Virus record (IMG/VR): IMGVR_UViG_3300031823_000001
Span: 32,001 to 96,000 of that record
Length of the DNA stretch: 64,000 nt
Reading direction: 5' to 3' (one strand)
DNA from: a virus
The position numbers and the translations under genes are program-made. Below, in pieces: positions 10,201 to 18,804 of this stretch. The notes beneath the pieces were generated by a model. The model was given only the letters and a program-made list of their open reading frames with translations, did no database searches and had not been told where the DNA came from. The first letter of the stretch is position 1. Every line of letters starts with the position of its first letter.

Positions 10201-11310
10201 GCCGCCGCCCAGCCGGGCGTCCCCTGCCCGGCCTGCGGGATGGCCGCGCTCCACCCGGTGGACGAGGAAGACGGCGACGTAGACGAGGAAGAGCAGGACC
10301 CGGGGGCGGTACCCCCGGAAGGAGCAGAAGACCCGTCTGACCCGGACGAGGAGCCCGGGGACGAAGAGGACGAGGAAGACGAGGACAAGGACATGCCAGC
10401 AGACCGCAAGACGGCCGCCGCGCTCGCGCAGGCCCAGGCGCACCGGATCGCCGAGCTGAGCGCGCAGAACGAGGTCCTGTCGGCCCAGCTCCGCTTCCTC
10501 GCCTTCGCTGCGGGGATCGACCGGGAGCTGGCCGAGGTCGGCCGCCGGGTGATGCGCCGCCACGCGGACGTCCTCAACCCGGCGTCCCCCGTGCCCGACC
10601 CGCCGGAGGCCCCGCCGACGGAGACGACCGAGCAGGCGCTCCAGCCGGAGACGATGGACAACGCCGGGCGCCCCGGGACGACCCCGGGCGCGAACTCGCG
10701 GGTGCCCGCCGCGCAGACCACCACGGCGATCACCCCGGGCGTGGAGATGCAGACGCCCCCGGCGACCAACCTGATCGACGTGACCGCCCCCGTGCAGGGC
10801 ACCAATCCCAGCCAGGACGGCGGCGTGCCGCTGGAGCAGCGGCGCATCGAGACCGACGTCCGCATCGACCCCGACCCGCTGAAGGCGCACGGCCCCGGGA
10901 TCGGCGGCCAGGGCGACAACGGCTCGGCCTTCCCGTGGATTCTCGACGCGCGCCAGCCGGGCCAGCAGGGCGGCCAGCCTTCCGGGTCGGCAGACGAGGC
11001 CCAGGCGTCCCGGCGGACGTTCGCCTCCATCCGGCTGGCGAAGCTCCGGGTGCTAGCCGGGCTCGCCCAGGGCGACGAGCTGGCGGTGGCCGAGCGGATC
11101 GAGCGCGACGCCTCGCTGGCCACCCCGGTCATCGAGCACGAGATCGGGGTCCTGTCCCGCATGCCGGTCATCGATCAGCGGCAGGCGGCCCGGCCGGTGC
11201 AGCGCACCGCCGCCCGGTCGGTCCCGTCGCTCGCCTCGGTGGGAGCCGCGTCCCAGTACGCGCCCGCCGCCGGGGACTACGACCTCGACGCCTCCGACAT
11301 CTTCGACTGA
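7201..11310 (+). CDS. capsid maturation protease / scaffold polyprotein with inserted domains
   Basis: N-terminal protease-like region (PVFVNHHN, TSMG..V...CS.C, FFENS.LVE.PADPTA); acidic scaffold-like C-terminus; upstream of capsid genes. Confidence 0.8.
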   Translation: MRKYASLEVLEAWQHQPRARLEGNRIVRTAHRVAFDYEPRQGYLYVRSRMISSRTNDNHDTFPAEEIEKGYKSFLGKPVFVNHHNANHRRARGVIVAVALHRDRNPDGTPDTWVEGLHEIDAVKFPKLSKAILAGRVNRTSMGVDVDWSTCSACGNKATSPAEYCKHLPALKGKKIRQRNKVTGKVEEKLIHEVCAGLSFFENSLLVEDPADPTAYLLGKPDSRGMAKAAAKTAAAGDPDFRDHLGNTCRNCGDPVAFLPRTRTGKYPDRFVHDSARLYDHQPDPADPGSRSGKLMPGTFGGTRCAVCGGDVKINLRALHTDTGGWHHGDGMKRDHPAVPLDARSVYDSVPGTRAQYDQARSQMSDHMHGLFEQLEGRPLPRRPRGDEGQMPPDPFTAARRKKPQGKPVRGYGRDPKFDGVALKKDRNGFYVHTHRSRSESYPTVDDIPDADIDYIRSTGAKAEGGDHPWFMNHPVSPHHIVHAYNDSSDDERALGDRWYSDAHHVAKVIGKGDSALGAGLLSAYSPRTMWPVNMFNASRAAQGDPPGPGSGALGDHQRKAIRILGGEHHSKVLTAPKTAAFAHLIEHGGDTDEDRRSGRERVVIDRHAMSVATGKRLSDEDMKSAPVGQEQHYEHVANAYREAAHHISTATGRQVSPHQVQAATWLRQIRKNTEEDSSGTRGGGGKGRVQMGENSRQRWVEHHHEHHPGNIPEENMHYHGSSAQPPPPGAPWPAGGTHCAMCGGRLAHPGNPSGKPVSRSMPMMCQDCSGRVQGHGADTGMPGYMSPAQARETVQDSRAWDLAGDRLRSSMSVRKEAYGETRVPPQVDTLRMDECPVCGEHNVWSGSRCPVCGFVVPPSVFRDPDTDKAKEVREQLDSSGEVDVPGDQADAGQPDATLPTAQVGSGDDADDQLVHPDQIAPDGVPTVQGGDDPANTDGLPPQDEDEAQAEAEAEVPEGSVPVGDVPPDEADLEDAGDEGEEMFAEELICPACGTTFEADAAAQPGVPCPACGMAALHPVDEEDGDVDEEEQDPGAVPPEGAEDPSDPDEEPGDEEDEEDEDKDMPADRKTAAALAQAQAHRIAELSAQNEVLSAQLRFLAFAAGIDRELAEVGRRVMRRHADVLNPASPVPDPPEAPPTETTEQALQPETMDNAGRPGTTPGANSRVPAAQTTTAITPGVEMQTPPATNLIDVTAPVQGTNPSQDGGVPLEQRRIETDVRIDPDPLKAHGPGIGGQGDNGSAFPWILDARQPGQQGGQPSGSADEAQASRRTFASIRLAKLRVLAGLAQGDELAVAERIERDASLATPVIEHEIGVLSRMPVIDQRQAARPVQRTAARSVPSLASVGAASQYAPAAGDYDLDASDIFD

Positions 11311-11660
11311 TGACCTACGCCCTGACTGTCGGTTCCGGCACCGACTCGGTCGTGATGCCGAACGGCCTGCGCTACGCGGCGGAGGGGGCCTTCACGCTGT
11401 CCGACCGCCAGTTCGGGCTGCTGACCGCCGGGGCGAAGGAACTGCTCGCAGCGGGCGAGGGGGGCACCTCGACGGGCTACCTGGGAGGGACCGTGAGCCA
11501 TCAGGTGACGATCGCCGGCGGCCTGGACAACGTGGTGCTGCCCAACGGGCTGCGCTACACGGCGGGGGCCGTAGCGGTGCTTTCGGACGAGGAGTACTCC
11601 CTGATTCCCGCCGGCGCGCTGAGTTCTCTTTTCTCTTCCAACACGACGTCGCTGACATGA
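11310..11660 (+). CDS. small virion protein with internal duplication (VVxPNGLRY...LSD twice)
   Basis: TGATG coupling; tandem repeat in protein. Confidence 0.65.
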   Translation: MTYALTVGSGTDSVVMPNGLRYAAEGAFTLSDRQFGLLTAGAKELLAAGEGGTSTGYLGGTVSHQVTIAGGLDNVVLPNGLRYTAGAVAVLSDEEYSLIPAGALSSLFSSNTTSLT

Positions 11661-11742
11661 CGGTGCCTTTTGCGCCCGCAGCCCCAGAAGGAATAGCAGG
11701 AGGGCCTTACGGCCCGGCCGACCAGACACGGAGTAAAGGCCG

Positions 11743-12381
11743 ATGATTCGCACCTACCTCTCGAACGACTACGTGAAGAGGACGATCAGGCCTCTTTACT
11801 CCTGGACGCAGGCGACCCCCAAGTCGTGCTTCCTGGACCCGGCGTGGACCCGCGCGGTGCCGATCTGGCCCGGGATGGGATTCGTCCGCAGCGGCGGCGA
11901 CCTGGTGACCCTGGCGGGCGCGAACAGCACCCAGATGGGCTCCAAGACGATGACCGGCACCGCCTACTCCGGCAACGCGGGCACCACCACGGCACTGGCG
12001 AACTCCCTGCCCATCTACGGGCTGGGCGCGCTGTACGTCGGCGGGGACGGCATCGACGAGCTGCTCTACGCGGGCATCAACGCCTTCGCGGTGTGGGTCC
12101 TCGGGCCCGACGCGGAGTTCGAGATCCTCGCTCCCGCGTTCGACGCCACCCAGACCTGGACGGACCCGTCCGACGGCTCCGGCGCCGCCCTGGTAGGGGT
12201 GTCCACCGCCACCTCGAACCAGGGGATGCTCGTCCCCCTCACGGGAGCGGGCTCGGCTACCGTCTCCGCCCCGGTCGCGCGGCTGCTGAAGGTCAACAGC
12301 TCCACCAAGATCACCATCGGCGGCCTTGAGCCTTACGCCGCCGCGCAGCTCACGGCCAACACCAACGCGGGCCGGGACTAA
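11743..12381 (+). CDS. head decoration / minor capsid protein
   Basis: position immediately before major capsid; 212 aa beta-rich. Confidence 0.65.
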   Translation: MIRTYLSNDYVKRTIRPLYSWTQATPKSCFLDPAWTRAVPIWPGMGFVRSGGDLVTLAGANSTQMGSKTMTGTAYSGNAGTTTALANSLPIYGLGALYVGGDGIDELLYAGINAFAVWVLGPDAEFEILAPAFDATQTWTDPSDGSGAALVGVSTATSNQGMLVPLTGAGSATVSAPVARLLKVNSSTKITIGGLEPYAAAQLTANTNAGRD

Positions 12382-12413
12382 CAGGACACGCGGGAAGCAG
12401 GAAAGGGAACACC

Positions 12414-13439
12414 ATGACCGAGCTGGCGACCACTTCGGCCGGCGGGCAACTGGCGCTGGCTCCCGGCGGCGGCCTGCGGCCCCGCGTGGCATCGCGCAAG
12501 TCCGACGACTACGTTGCGCAGATCGAGGCGCGGCGCTCGCGGAACAACGGCGTCTCGCTGACCCGCGAGGCCAAGGTCCGCAAGATGGCCTTGATCTTGT
12601 CGGACGAGATGCACGGCTTCCGCCGGCTGGGCGTCGGGATGGTCGGCCCCATCCAGCTCAAACTCCGGTACCAGGGCATCGTCCGGAACGTGCTGGTCGA
12701 GGACCCGGTCACCCCGGGCACCCCGGTGGAGTACGACGTCTGGGACGACCTCGGCCAGGCCTACATCCTGTCCGGCACCGAGGGCGAAGTCCGGGTCACG
12801 CCGTTCGAGGGCAAGCGCATCCCCGTCCGGTTCTTCCGGATCGCGTCGCGCCCCGCGCTCCGCAAGGAGGACCTGTTCTACCTGCGGATCAACGCGGTCG
12901 AGCAGGCGCAGGACGAGACCAAGCAGGCCATCCTCAAGCAGGAGGACGCCCGGCTGCTGGTGCTCCTCCAGGCGGCGATCACCGACTACGCCACCCGCCC
13001 CGACCACGTGGTCACGCCCAACCACAACATCACCGAGGCGTCCGGCTACCTGACTCCCGGTAGCCTCTACAGCGCGGTCGCCATGACCGACCTGCACGAG
13101 CTGCCCTCAGCCCGCATCCTGATCAACCCGTTCGACTACCGGGACATGTTCAGGTGGGACATCAACCAGACGGGCTGGGCCTTCAAGGACCGGGTCGTCG
13201 CGGGCGAGACCATCACGAGCTTCGGCGAGTTCCAGATCCAGCGGAGCATCATCGTCCCGCAGGCCAAGATCTTCCTCGCTCCCGAGCCGAATTTCCTCGG
13301 AGTTTTCCCGATCCTGTACTCTTTGGATGTCGAAGAGAACCACAATGTTGAAGCATTCTGGAAGGGATGGGTATTCGACGAAATGATCGCGATGTCGATT
13401 CTCAACCCAAGAGGCCTAGCCTCCATCACGAAGAGCTGA
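12414..13439 (+). CDS. major capsid protein
   Basis: 341 aa; GPIQLKLRYQGIVRNVLVED and related motifs recognised as Bxz1-like myophage capsid; synteny. Confidence 0.9.
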   Translation: MTELATTSAGGQLALAPGGGLRPRVASRKSDDYVAQIEARRSRNNGVSLTREAKVRKMALILSDEMHGFRRLGVGMVGPIQLKLRYQGIVRNVLVEDPVTPGTPVEYDVWDDLGQAYILSGTEGEVRVTPFEGKRIPVRFFRIASRPALRKEDLFYLRINAVEQAQDETKQAILKQEDARLLVLLQAAITDYATRPDHVVTPNHNITEASGYLTPGSLYSAVAMTDLHELPSARILINPFDYRDMFRWDINQTGWAFKDRVVAGETITSFGEFQIQRSIIVPQAKIFLAPEPNFLGVFPILYSLDVEENHNVEAFWKGWVFDEMIAMSILNPRGLASITKS

Positions 13440-13490
13440 GTCTTTCTTGCTCATGACTCTACGAAGGTTCTGAGCAAACAAGACGCCAAA

Positions 13491-13530
13491 CACTCACCTC
13501 TTCCGGTATCCTATCCGGAGGAGGTGGGTG
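13491..13530 (+). promoter_or_regulatory. 16-bp hairpin sequestering SD and start codon of the endonuclease gene
   Basis: cactcacctcttccgg / ccggaggaggtgggtg with loop tatcctat. Confidence 0.6.
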
Positions 13531-14559
13531 TTTGTCATGGCACCGAAGTCTAAGAAGGATCAGTACATCGATGAGGTCAAGCGCCTCTATATCGACGGCC
13601 TGAAGTCTCTCGGCGAGATCAGCGAGATCCTCGGCCCGAGCGTTCAGACGCTCTCACGGTGGCTCGGTGAAGAGGGCATCGAACTGGCCACCCGGCCGAG
13701 GAACCCGAACGCCGGGCGCAGCGAGGCCGAGCAGCAGAAGATCAACGAGAGGATCGCCGCTCGCCAGCGAGAGCGCATCGGCGCTGGCGGCCACCATGGC
13801 GGCCGGTCGCGCGCGATCGACCGCGAAGACCGGGAGTGCGAGAATCCGGCTTGCTCCGAGATTTTCGAGGTCCCCGTCACTTCTCCGCAGCGGTTCTGCG
13901 GTCTGACGTGCGCCAGGTCCGTCGGAAACAAGGACCGCTGGGCAGACAAGAAGAAGATGACCACCTGCCCGTGTGGTGAGGTCTTCTACAGTCCCTACCC
14001 GAAGAAGTACCACTCCGACGAGTGCCGGGCTCAGTACGCTGCTAAGCGCCAGAAGGACCCGGCCAACACCCTGACCGGCACCTGCCAGAACCCGGGGTGC
14101 CCGCGCGAGAACAGCCAGTTCACCTACCCGAAGTCCCAGGGGCACCGACGCTACTGCTCCGACAAGTGCTCCCAGGAGCACACCAGGCCGAACGAGCCGC
14201 TCAATGGCCTGGAGGGAGCTTTCAGGGGACTGTGCTACCTCCTGGATGTCGGATGCCGCCGTCCCGACGGTAGCGAGCAGGTCACCTGGGGAGAGCGCGG
14301 CTCTTACGCACCGGACTTCATCTGCGAGTGGCGCGGCGAGGTGATCGCCGTTGAGACCAAGGGTGATCACTGGGTCAAGGAGGACACCGAGCCGAAGCAC
14401 GCGGCCTGGCGCGAGCAGCGCGGTCCTCTCGCGATGCTGTTCAAGGACGACCTGCGGACGCTTCGTACCGCGCCGTCGGCCGACCGCTTCTGGTCGATGC
14501 TGCGCTACCGGGCGACAGGAGGATCTTCGCTGTTGAGATTACAGCTTTTCTTGATATAG
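13528..14559 (+). CDS. putative free-standing endonuclease: HTH, Cys-rich Zn ribbons, C-terminal PD-(D/E)XK domain
   Basis: YAPDF...IAVETKG motif; repeated C..C / FC..C; N-terminal HTH. Confidence 0.7.
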   Translation: MFVMAPKSKKDQYIDEVKRLYIDGLKSLGEISEILGPSVQTLSRWLGEEGIELATRPRNPNAGRSEAEQQKINERIAARQRERIGAGGHHGGRSRAIDREDRECENPACSEIFEVPVTSPQRFCGLTCARSVGNKDRWADKKKMTTCPCGEVFYSPYPKKYHSDECRAQYAAKRQKDPANTLTGTCQNPGCPRENSQFTYPKSQGHRRYCSDKCSQEHTRPNEPLNGLEGAFRGLCYLLDVGCRRPDGSEQVTWGERGSYAPDFICEWRGEVIAVETKGDHWVKEDTEPKHAAWREQRGPLAMLFKDDLRTLRTAPSADRFWSMLRYRATGGSSLLRLQLFLI

Positions 14560-14560
14560 T
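14533..14560 (+). promoter_or_regulatory. promoter with conserved spacer
   Basis: TTGAGA-ttacagcttttcttga-TATAGT. Confidence 0.6.
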
Positions 14561-14662
14561 CACGGCATCAGGGAAGTGACTGATCCCACGGAGCGCCGCC
14601 CTACGGGAGCGGAACGCCATGGCACGCAGCACCCCGTCCGGTACTCAGACGAGGAGACAGCA

Positions 14663-14848
14663 ATGCCGCAGATCATCAGGACCGCCGAGGAGATCGACGC
14701 TGCCAGGGACCGCGCCCAGAAGGCGGCGTTCGACGCCGAGGACGCCGGGGACACCTACGACGCCGCCGAGGCCGTGTACGGCTTCATCCAGTGGATATTC
14801 GGGGACTCGGACACCGACCCGACCCTGGAGATGGCCGAGGAGGACTAG
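14663..14848 (+). CDS. hypothetical protein
   Basis: GAGGAG SD then ATG. Confidence 0.7.
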   Translation: MPQIIRTAEEIDAARDRAQKAAFDAEDAGDTYDAAEAVYGFIQWIFGDSDTDPTLEMAEED

Positions 14849-14890
14849 GCGGTACCAGCAGAGAGCCGGCCCGGTGATCCGGGCCTACTC

Positions 14891-14918
14891 TTCTCATTAC
14901 AGCTTTTCTTGATAAGCT
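14891..14918 (+). promoter_or_regulatory. promoter with conserved spacer, leaderless transcript likely
   Basis: ttacagcttttcttga-TAAGCT, ATG 7 nt downstream. Confidence 0.6.
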
Positions 14919-14925
14919 GTCCTCC

Positions 14926-15141
14926 ATGAACGACAGATTGAGCGTAACGCTCCCCGACGGCACCAAGTGCTGGATGTACGCAGACCAGTTGACGTCCCGC
15001 CCGGTGAACGAAGCCGCAGACTGCGAGTGCCGCCACACGTGCGCCGAGGACCCCGCCACCGCCTGCTCGCTGTCCGGCGACTGGCACGTCCACCCCGGCG
15101 AGCCGTGCCCGGTCCACCCCGACGCGCCCGGCGACCGCTGA
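14926..15141 (+). CDS. small Cys/His-rich protein
   Basis: ORF after promoter motif. Confidence 0.6.
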   Translation: MNDRLSVTLPDGTKCWMYADQLTSRPVNEAADCECRHTCAEDPATACSLSGDWHVHPGEPCPVHPDAPGDR

Positions 15142-15575
15142 TGACCCCCGAGGGGAAGCGCCGGCACTACGCCGCCGAGCGCGTCATCTACACGGCGGTG
15201 AAGCTGGAAGAGGCGGCACTGCTCGTTCGCATGCGGACAGAGGACCTGGAGAGGAGGCTGCGCGCAGCCGTTGACTGCGGCATCCTTCCGGACGACCTGA
15301 AGGCGATGACCCGGAACCCGGACGGCACCGACGCCGGGGCCATTATCGACCGCGTCTACCGCGAGTACCTAGACGACGAGTTCGAGGTGACCGGCCGGGA
15401 CACGGTGATGTACTGCCTGGCGCACAAGCGCAAGGTGACCTGGCTTCCTGGCCCCGCCTGGTGGATTCACGACAACGACCTGCCGCTCACGGGCAGCCTC
15501 GGGGACCCGAGGAGCTGCGCATCGATGTGGAGCGCACCCTCTCCTATTGAGGTAGCCAGGAAGGCAGCATCATGA
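15141..15575 (+). CDS. hypothetical protein
   Basis: TGATG coupling. Confidence 0.65.
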   Translation: MTPEGKRRHYAAERVIYTAVKLEEAALLVRMRTEDLERRLRAAVDCGILPDDLKAMTRNPDGTDAGAIIDRVYREYLDDEFEVTGRDTVMYCLAHKRKVTWLPGPAWWIHDNDLPLTGSLGDPRSCASMWSAPSPIEVARKAAS

Positions 15576-15817
15576 TCAGCAAGGACGCGGGCGCGGCCAT
15601 GGCCCTCGCCTCCGGCATCCGGAACTGCAAGCAGTACGACGAGGAACTCTGGCCCAGCGTCGTGACCCGGATCATCACCGACCTCGACGAGGCGGGGCAG
15701 CAGGAGGCCGTAGACTGCATCGCGCACCTGCTCGGCGACCTGTGGGACCAGCTCCCCTACACTCCTGAACTCCGGGACAGCATCACCCGGATGGCGTCAT
15801 CCCTGGAGAAGCCATGA
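15572..15817 (+). CDS. hypothetical protein
   Basis: ATGA coupling. Confidence 0.65.
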   Translation: MISKDAGAAMALASGIRNCKQYDEELWPSVVTRIITDLDEAGQQEAVDCIAHLLGDLWDQLPYTPELRDSITRMASSLEKP

Positions 15818-16086
15818 CCTACGAGGAAGCCGAGGCGCTCGCCCGCCTGGTCAGCCTGTGGAACGGCAGCGCGGTCACGCTGACCTGCGCGGCCGACGTC
15901 ATGCACGAGCTGGAGGAGACCGAGTACGACGGCGCGGAGGCGCCCGAGGTCCAGGTGGTCCCCTGGTACGAGCCCGGCCAGTGGAAGCTGACCCGGCACG
16001 ACTCCTGCGACGTGGTCGGCGGGAAGACGATCGAGGACGCGGTCATCGTCAGTCACAAGAACTGCACCGTCCTGGCGGAGTCATGA
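15814..16086 (+). CDS. hypothetical protein
   Basis: ATGA coupling. Confidence 0.65.
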   Translation: MTYEEAEALARLVSLWNGSAVTLTCAADVMHELEETEYDGAEAPEVQVVPWYEPGQWKLTRHDSCDVVGGKTIEDAVIVSHKNCTVLAES

Positions 16087-16298
16087 GGTTCTCCTTCCTC
16101 GTGGACGTCGAAGTCGAGGACATCGAGCCCGGCAGCGACCAGGACAGGCCGCCCGCCGGGTACGCTCTCGCCGCGCTGAACGCCGCCGGGCTGCCGGACG
16201 CCTGGCAGCTTGACGGGTTCGCGGACCTGCCCTGGATAGCGGGCATTACCTCGGTGGAGCCGGCATCGGCTATGACGGGCCGCAAGCAGCGTAGCTGA
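16083..16298 (+). CDS. hypothetical protein (MRFSFLVDV...)
   Basis: ATGA coupling. Confidence 0.6.
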   Translation: MRFSFLVDVEVEDIEPGSDQDRPPAGYALAALNAAGLPDAWQLDGFADLPWIAGITSVEPASAMTGRKQRS

Positions 16299-16320
16299 AT
16301 ACAGCCTTTCTTGATAAGCT
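16292..16320 (+). promoter_or_regulatory. promoter with conserved spacer, leaderless transcript likely
   Basis: aatacagcctttcttga-TAAGCT, ATG 6 nt downstream. Confidence 0.6.
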
Positions 16321-16326
16321 ACTCTC

Positions 16327-16680
16327 ATGACAAACGACAACGGGGCCGGCCTCCGGGCGCTCTTCCACGGCCTGTGCACCTTCTGGGACATAGAGATCTG
16401 GGACGGGGAACAAGCCGGGGAGATGCCCGGCCCGTTCGACTTCTACCTGCCCTACGGGGCGGGCGTGTTCGTCGTCATCGCCCCCGGACCAGCCGACCGC
16501 CAGGCCGAGATCGGTGCCCTCCGGCAGCGGAAGGAGCAGTTCGTCGTCCTGGACCGCGACGACCTGGACAACCTCCGCCTGGCCAGCGGCCCGGAGGAAG
16601 CCAGCGAGACGATCGGCAACTGGATCGCCTACGGCACTCACGGGGCCGTGATGCGCCGCCACCCCGGGACCGCCCCGTGA
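16327..16680 (+). CDS. hypothetical protein, possibly a degenerate PD-(D/E)XK fold resembling the C-terminus of 13528-14559
   Basis: FHGLC vs FRGLC, PFDFYLP, DDLDNLR vs DDLRTLR similarities. Confidence 0.55.
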   Translation: MTNDNGAGLRALFHGLCTFWDIEIWDGEQAGEMPGPFDFYLPYGAGVFVVIAPGPADRQAEIGALRQRKEQFVVLDRDDLDNLRLASGPEEASETIGNWIAYGTHGAVMRRHPGTAP

Positions 16681-16700
16681 ACAGAAGGCAGGGAAGCAGC

Positions 16701-16961
16701 GTGACTACCAACCTGAGCCAGGCCGTCCGGGACGCGGGGGCGTGGCTCGCGCTGCTCGAAGACAGCCAGGACGAACTCGACGTCACTCTCCTGAACGCCT
16801 GGCACTACCCGCCCCTCACCCTCGGCACCATCCGCGTCCTGTACGACCTGGCCCACGAGATCAGCGAGATCAGCGAACGGCACATCGCGGAAACAGTCGC
16901 CCGGCGGGAGGCGGCAGCCCCTCGAACGTCAGTCCCTCCCGGTAAAATACAAGGTAACTAG
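16701..16961 (+). CDS. hypothetical protein
   Basis: GTG start; GC3-rich. Confidence 0.55.
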   Translation: MTTNLSQAVRDAGAWLALLEDSQDELDVTLLNAWHYPPLTLGTIRVLYDLAHEISEISERHIAETVARREAAAPRTSVPPGKIQGN

Positions 16962-16978
16962 ATAAACCAGGAGGAAAA

Positions 16979-18010
16979 ATGGCCGCGTACTCTCCGGCGT
17001 CCGCACCAGCGAACATCATCAACCACATCACGGTGATCGCGGACGAGTCTTCGTCCATGAACCACCTGACAGAGACGCTGATCAAGGTCTTCAATAACCT
17101 GATCGCTCACCTCGCCGCCCAGTCCAGGTCCAACGGGCAGGAAACACGGATCACCGTCTACTTCTTCAATTCCCGGGGTACCAGCCGCTGCGTCATCTAC
17201 GACATGGACGTGCTGCGCCTCCCGACAATCGACGGCCTCTACAGCCCCGGCGGCATGACCGCACTGATCGACACGGTGCTGCTGTCGGTCGAAGACCAGC
17301 GGCTGATCCCGCAGAAGTACGGCGACCACTCGTTCCTCACCCTCGCCCTCACCGACGGGCAGGAAAACAACAGCAGGTGCACCTCCTCCGAACTCACCCG
17401 CACGATCGAGTCCGCACCGGAGAACGAGACCTACGGCGTGTTCGTCCCCAACCAGATGGGCGTGCACGAGGCCAAGAGGCACGGCTTCCCGGCAGCCAAC
17501 ATCTCGGTGTGGGACGCGAATTCCGCCCAGGGGATGGAAGAAGTCGGAAAGGTCATGCGCGACCTCTCCGACGCCTACATGGAAGGCCGCACCAAGGGCG
17601 TGCGGGGCTACAGCGCCCGCTCCGGAGGCGGCCTGTTCAGGATGCGCGACTTCACCGCCGCCGAGGTGACCACCGCCCTGGAGCCCCTCGCACCTGACAC
17701 CTACGTGGCGCTGAACGTCACCCACGACGGCCCGATCCGCGAGTTCGTCGAGGCGGCCGGCCTGATCTACGTCAAGGGCAGTTCTTTCTACCAGCTCACC
17801 AAGGCTGTGAAGGTGCAGTCCTACAAGGAGGTCGTCGTCGAGCACCAGGGGAGCTTTTACACGGGCGACGCAGCCCGGCAGATTCTCGGGCTGCCTGACT
17901 ACGAGGTAACAGTCCAGCCGGCCCGCAAGCCTGGCTGCACGATCTTCTTCCAGAGCACGTCGGTGAACCGCAAGCTCTTCGGCGGGACGCGGCTCCTGGT
18001 GATGCGGTAG
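16979..18010 (+). CDS. von Willebrand factor A (vWA) domain protein
   Basis: MIDAS DESSS, GMTALID, LTDGQEN motifs; strong SD. Confidence 0.85.
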   Translation: MAAYSPASAPANIINHITVIADESSSMNHLTETLIKVFNNLIAHLAAQSRSNGQETRITVYFFNSRGTSRCVIYDMDVLRLPTIDGLYSPGGMTALIDTVLLSVEDQRLIPQKYGDHSFLTLALTDGQENNSRCTSSELTRTIESAPENETYGVFVPNQMGVHEAKRHGFPAANISVWDANSAQGMEEVGKVMRDLSDAYMEGRTKGVRGYSARSGGGLFRMRDFTAAEVTTALEPLAPDTYVALNVTHDGPIREFVEAAGLIYVKGSSFYQLTKAVKVQSYKEVVVEHQGSFYTGDAARQILGLPDYEVTVQPARKPGCTIFFQSTSVNRKLFGGTRLLVMR

Positions 18011-18076
18011 CTTGCCCCGGTGCCGGCAGACAAGACTCCGTTCCCCGGTGTCGCACGCGGAAGGTGAGGAGGACAG

Positions 18077-18343
18077 ATGATAGGACAGGACAGCGACGCG
18101 GCGGTCCTCGCGTCCCTGCGGGCCGAAGGTCCCTGCACCGTGACCGTGAAGCAGCTCGCGGCCAGGACCGGCCTCCCCCGGGTCACCGTGCGCACCTCGG
18201 TCACCGTCCTGGCGCTGGACGGCCTGGTGTGCGTGATCCCCAACGAGGGCGAGAGCGCCTACATGATCCGGCACCTGCACGCCGGCCCGGGGTCCTGCGA
18301 GCATTCCCTCGGGTGCACCATCCAGGAGGAGGGCGCGTCCTGA
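18077..18343 (+). CDS. winged-helix DNA-binding protein
   Basis: TVKQLAARTGLPRVTVRTSV HTH pattern. Confidence 0.6.
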   Translation: MIGQDSDAAVLASLRAEGPCTVTVKQLAARTGLPRVTVRTSVTVLALDGLVCVIPNEGESAYMIRHLHAGPGSCEHSLGCTIQEEGAS

Positions 18344-18358
18344 GGAGGCGGTAACGAG

Positions 18359-18388
18359 AGAGCCCCGGCGGGCGGTCCGCCGGGGCTC
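18359..18388. terminator. GC-rich hairpin, probable terminator
   Basis: gagccccggcgg / ccgccggggctc inverted repeat after stop. Confidence 0.5.
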
Positions 18389-18447
18389 CTCTGTGCTCAG
18401 GACATAACGTACCAGACAGCACCAGCGAAGCGCTTTATGATTTCAAT

Positions 18448-18681
18448 ATGCAGGACAATATGCAGCGGGACGAAGCACGCAAGGTTCTCCGGAGCGCCCT
18501 GTGGCTCGCCCGGGAACAGGCCGTGGGGGACCTGGAGGAGAAGAAGATCGCCCGGGAGCGAATCACCGACCTGGAGGCCCGCATGGGCATCGGGATGGAC
18601 AGCCAGCCGACCGCCGGCGACCTGCGGGAAGTGCTCGGCGACGGCGACGCGGAGATCAGGGCGGCCCTGGCGGCCTGGTAA
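18448..18681 (+). CDS. hypothetical protein
   Basis: ORF followed by hairpin at about 18686-18722. Confidence 0.6.
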   Translation: MQDNMQRDEARKVLRSALWLAREQAVGDLEEKKIARERITDLEARMGIGMDSQPTAGDLREVLGDGDAEIRAALAAW

Positions 18682-18804
18682 TTCAGGGTCCCGGCCCCGT
18701 CCCTCAACGGGACCGGGACCCCGGGGGGCGTGCATCCGGTCTCGGGCCGCTTGAAACCGGGAGCACTATGCCGTTATTACACCATTATTACTGACAGAGA
18801 GCAA

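Noticed and set aside
8074-10890. Long antisense or alternate-frame ORFs (e.g. 8074-10890, 24899-27331, 60934-63294) and ORFs across the tRNA array
   Set aside because: Shadow ORFs typical of high-GC DNA; they overlap better-supported genes or tRNAs and lack motifs.
14539-14541. In-frame TTA at the end of the 13528 endonuclease as a third bypass site
   Set aside because: Six codons from the stop and imposed by the overlapping promoter motif.
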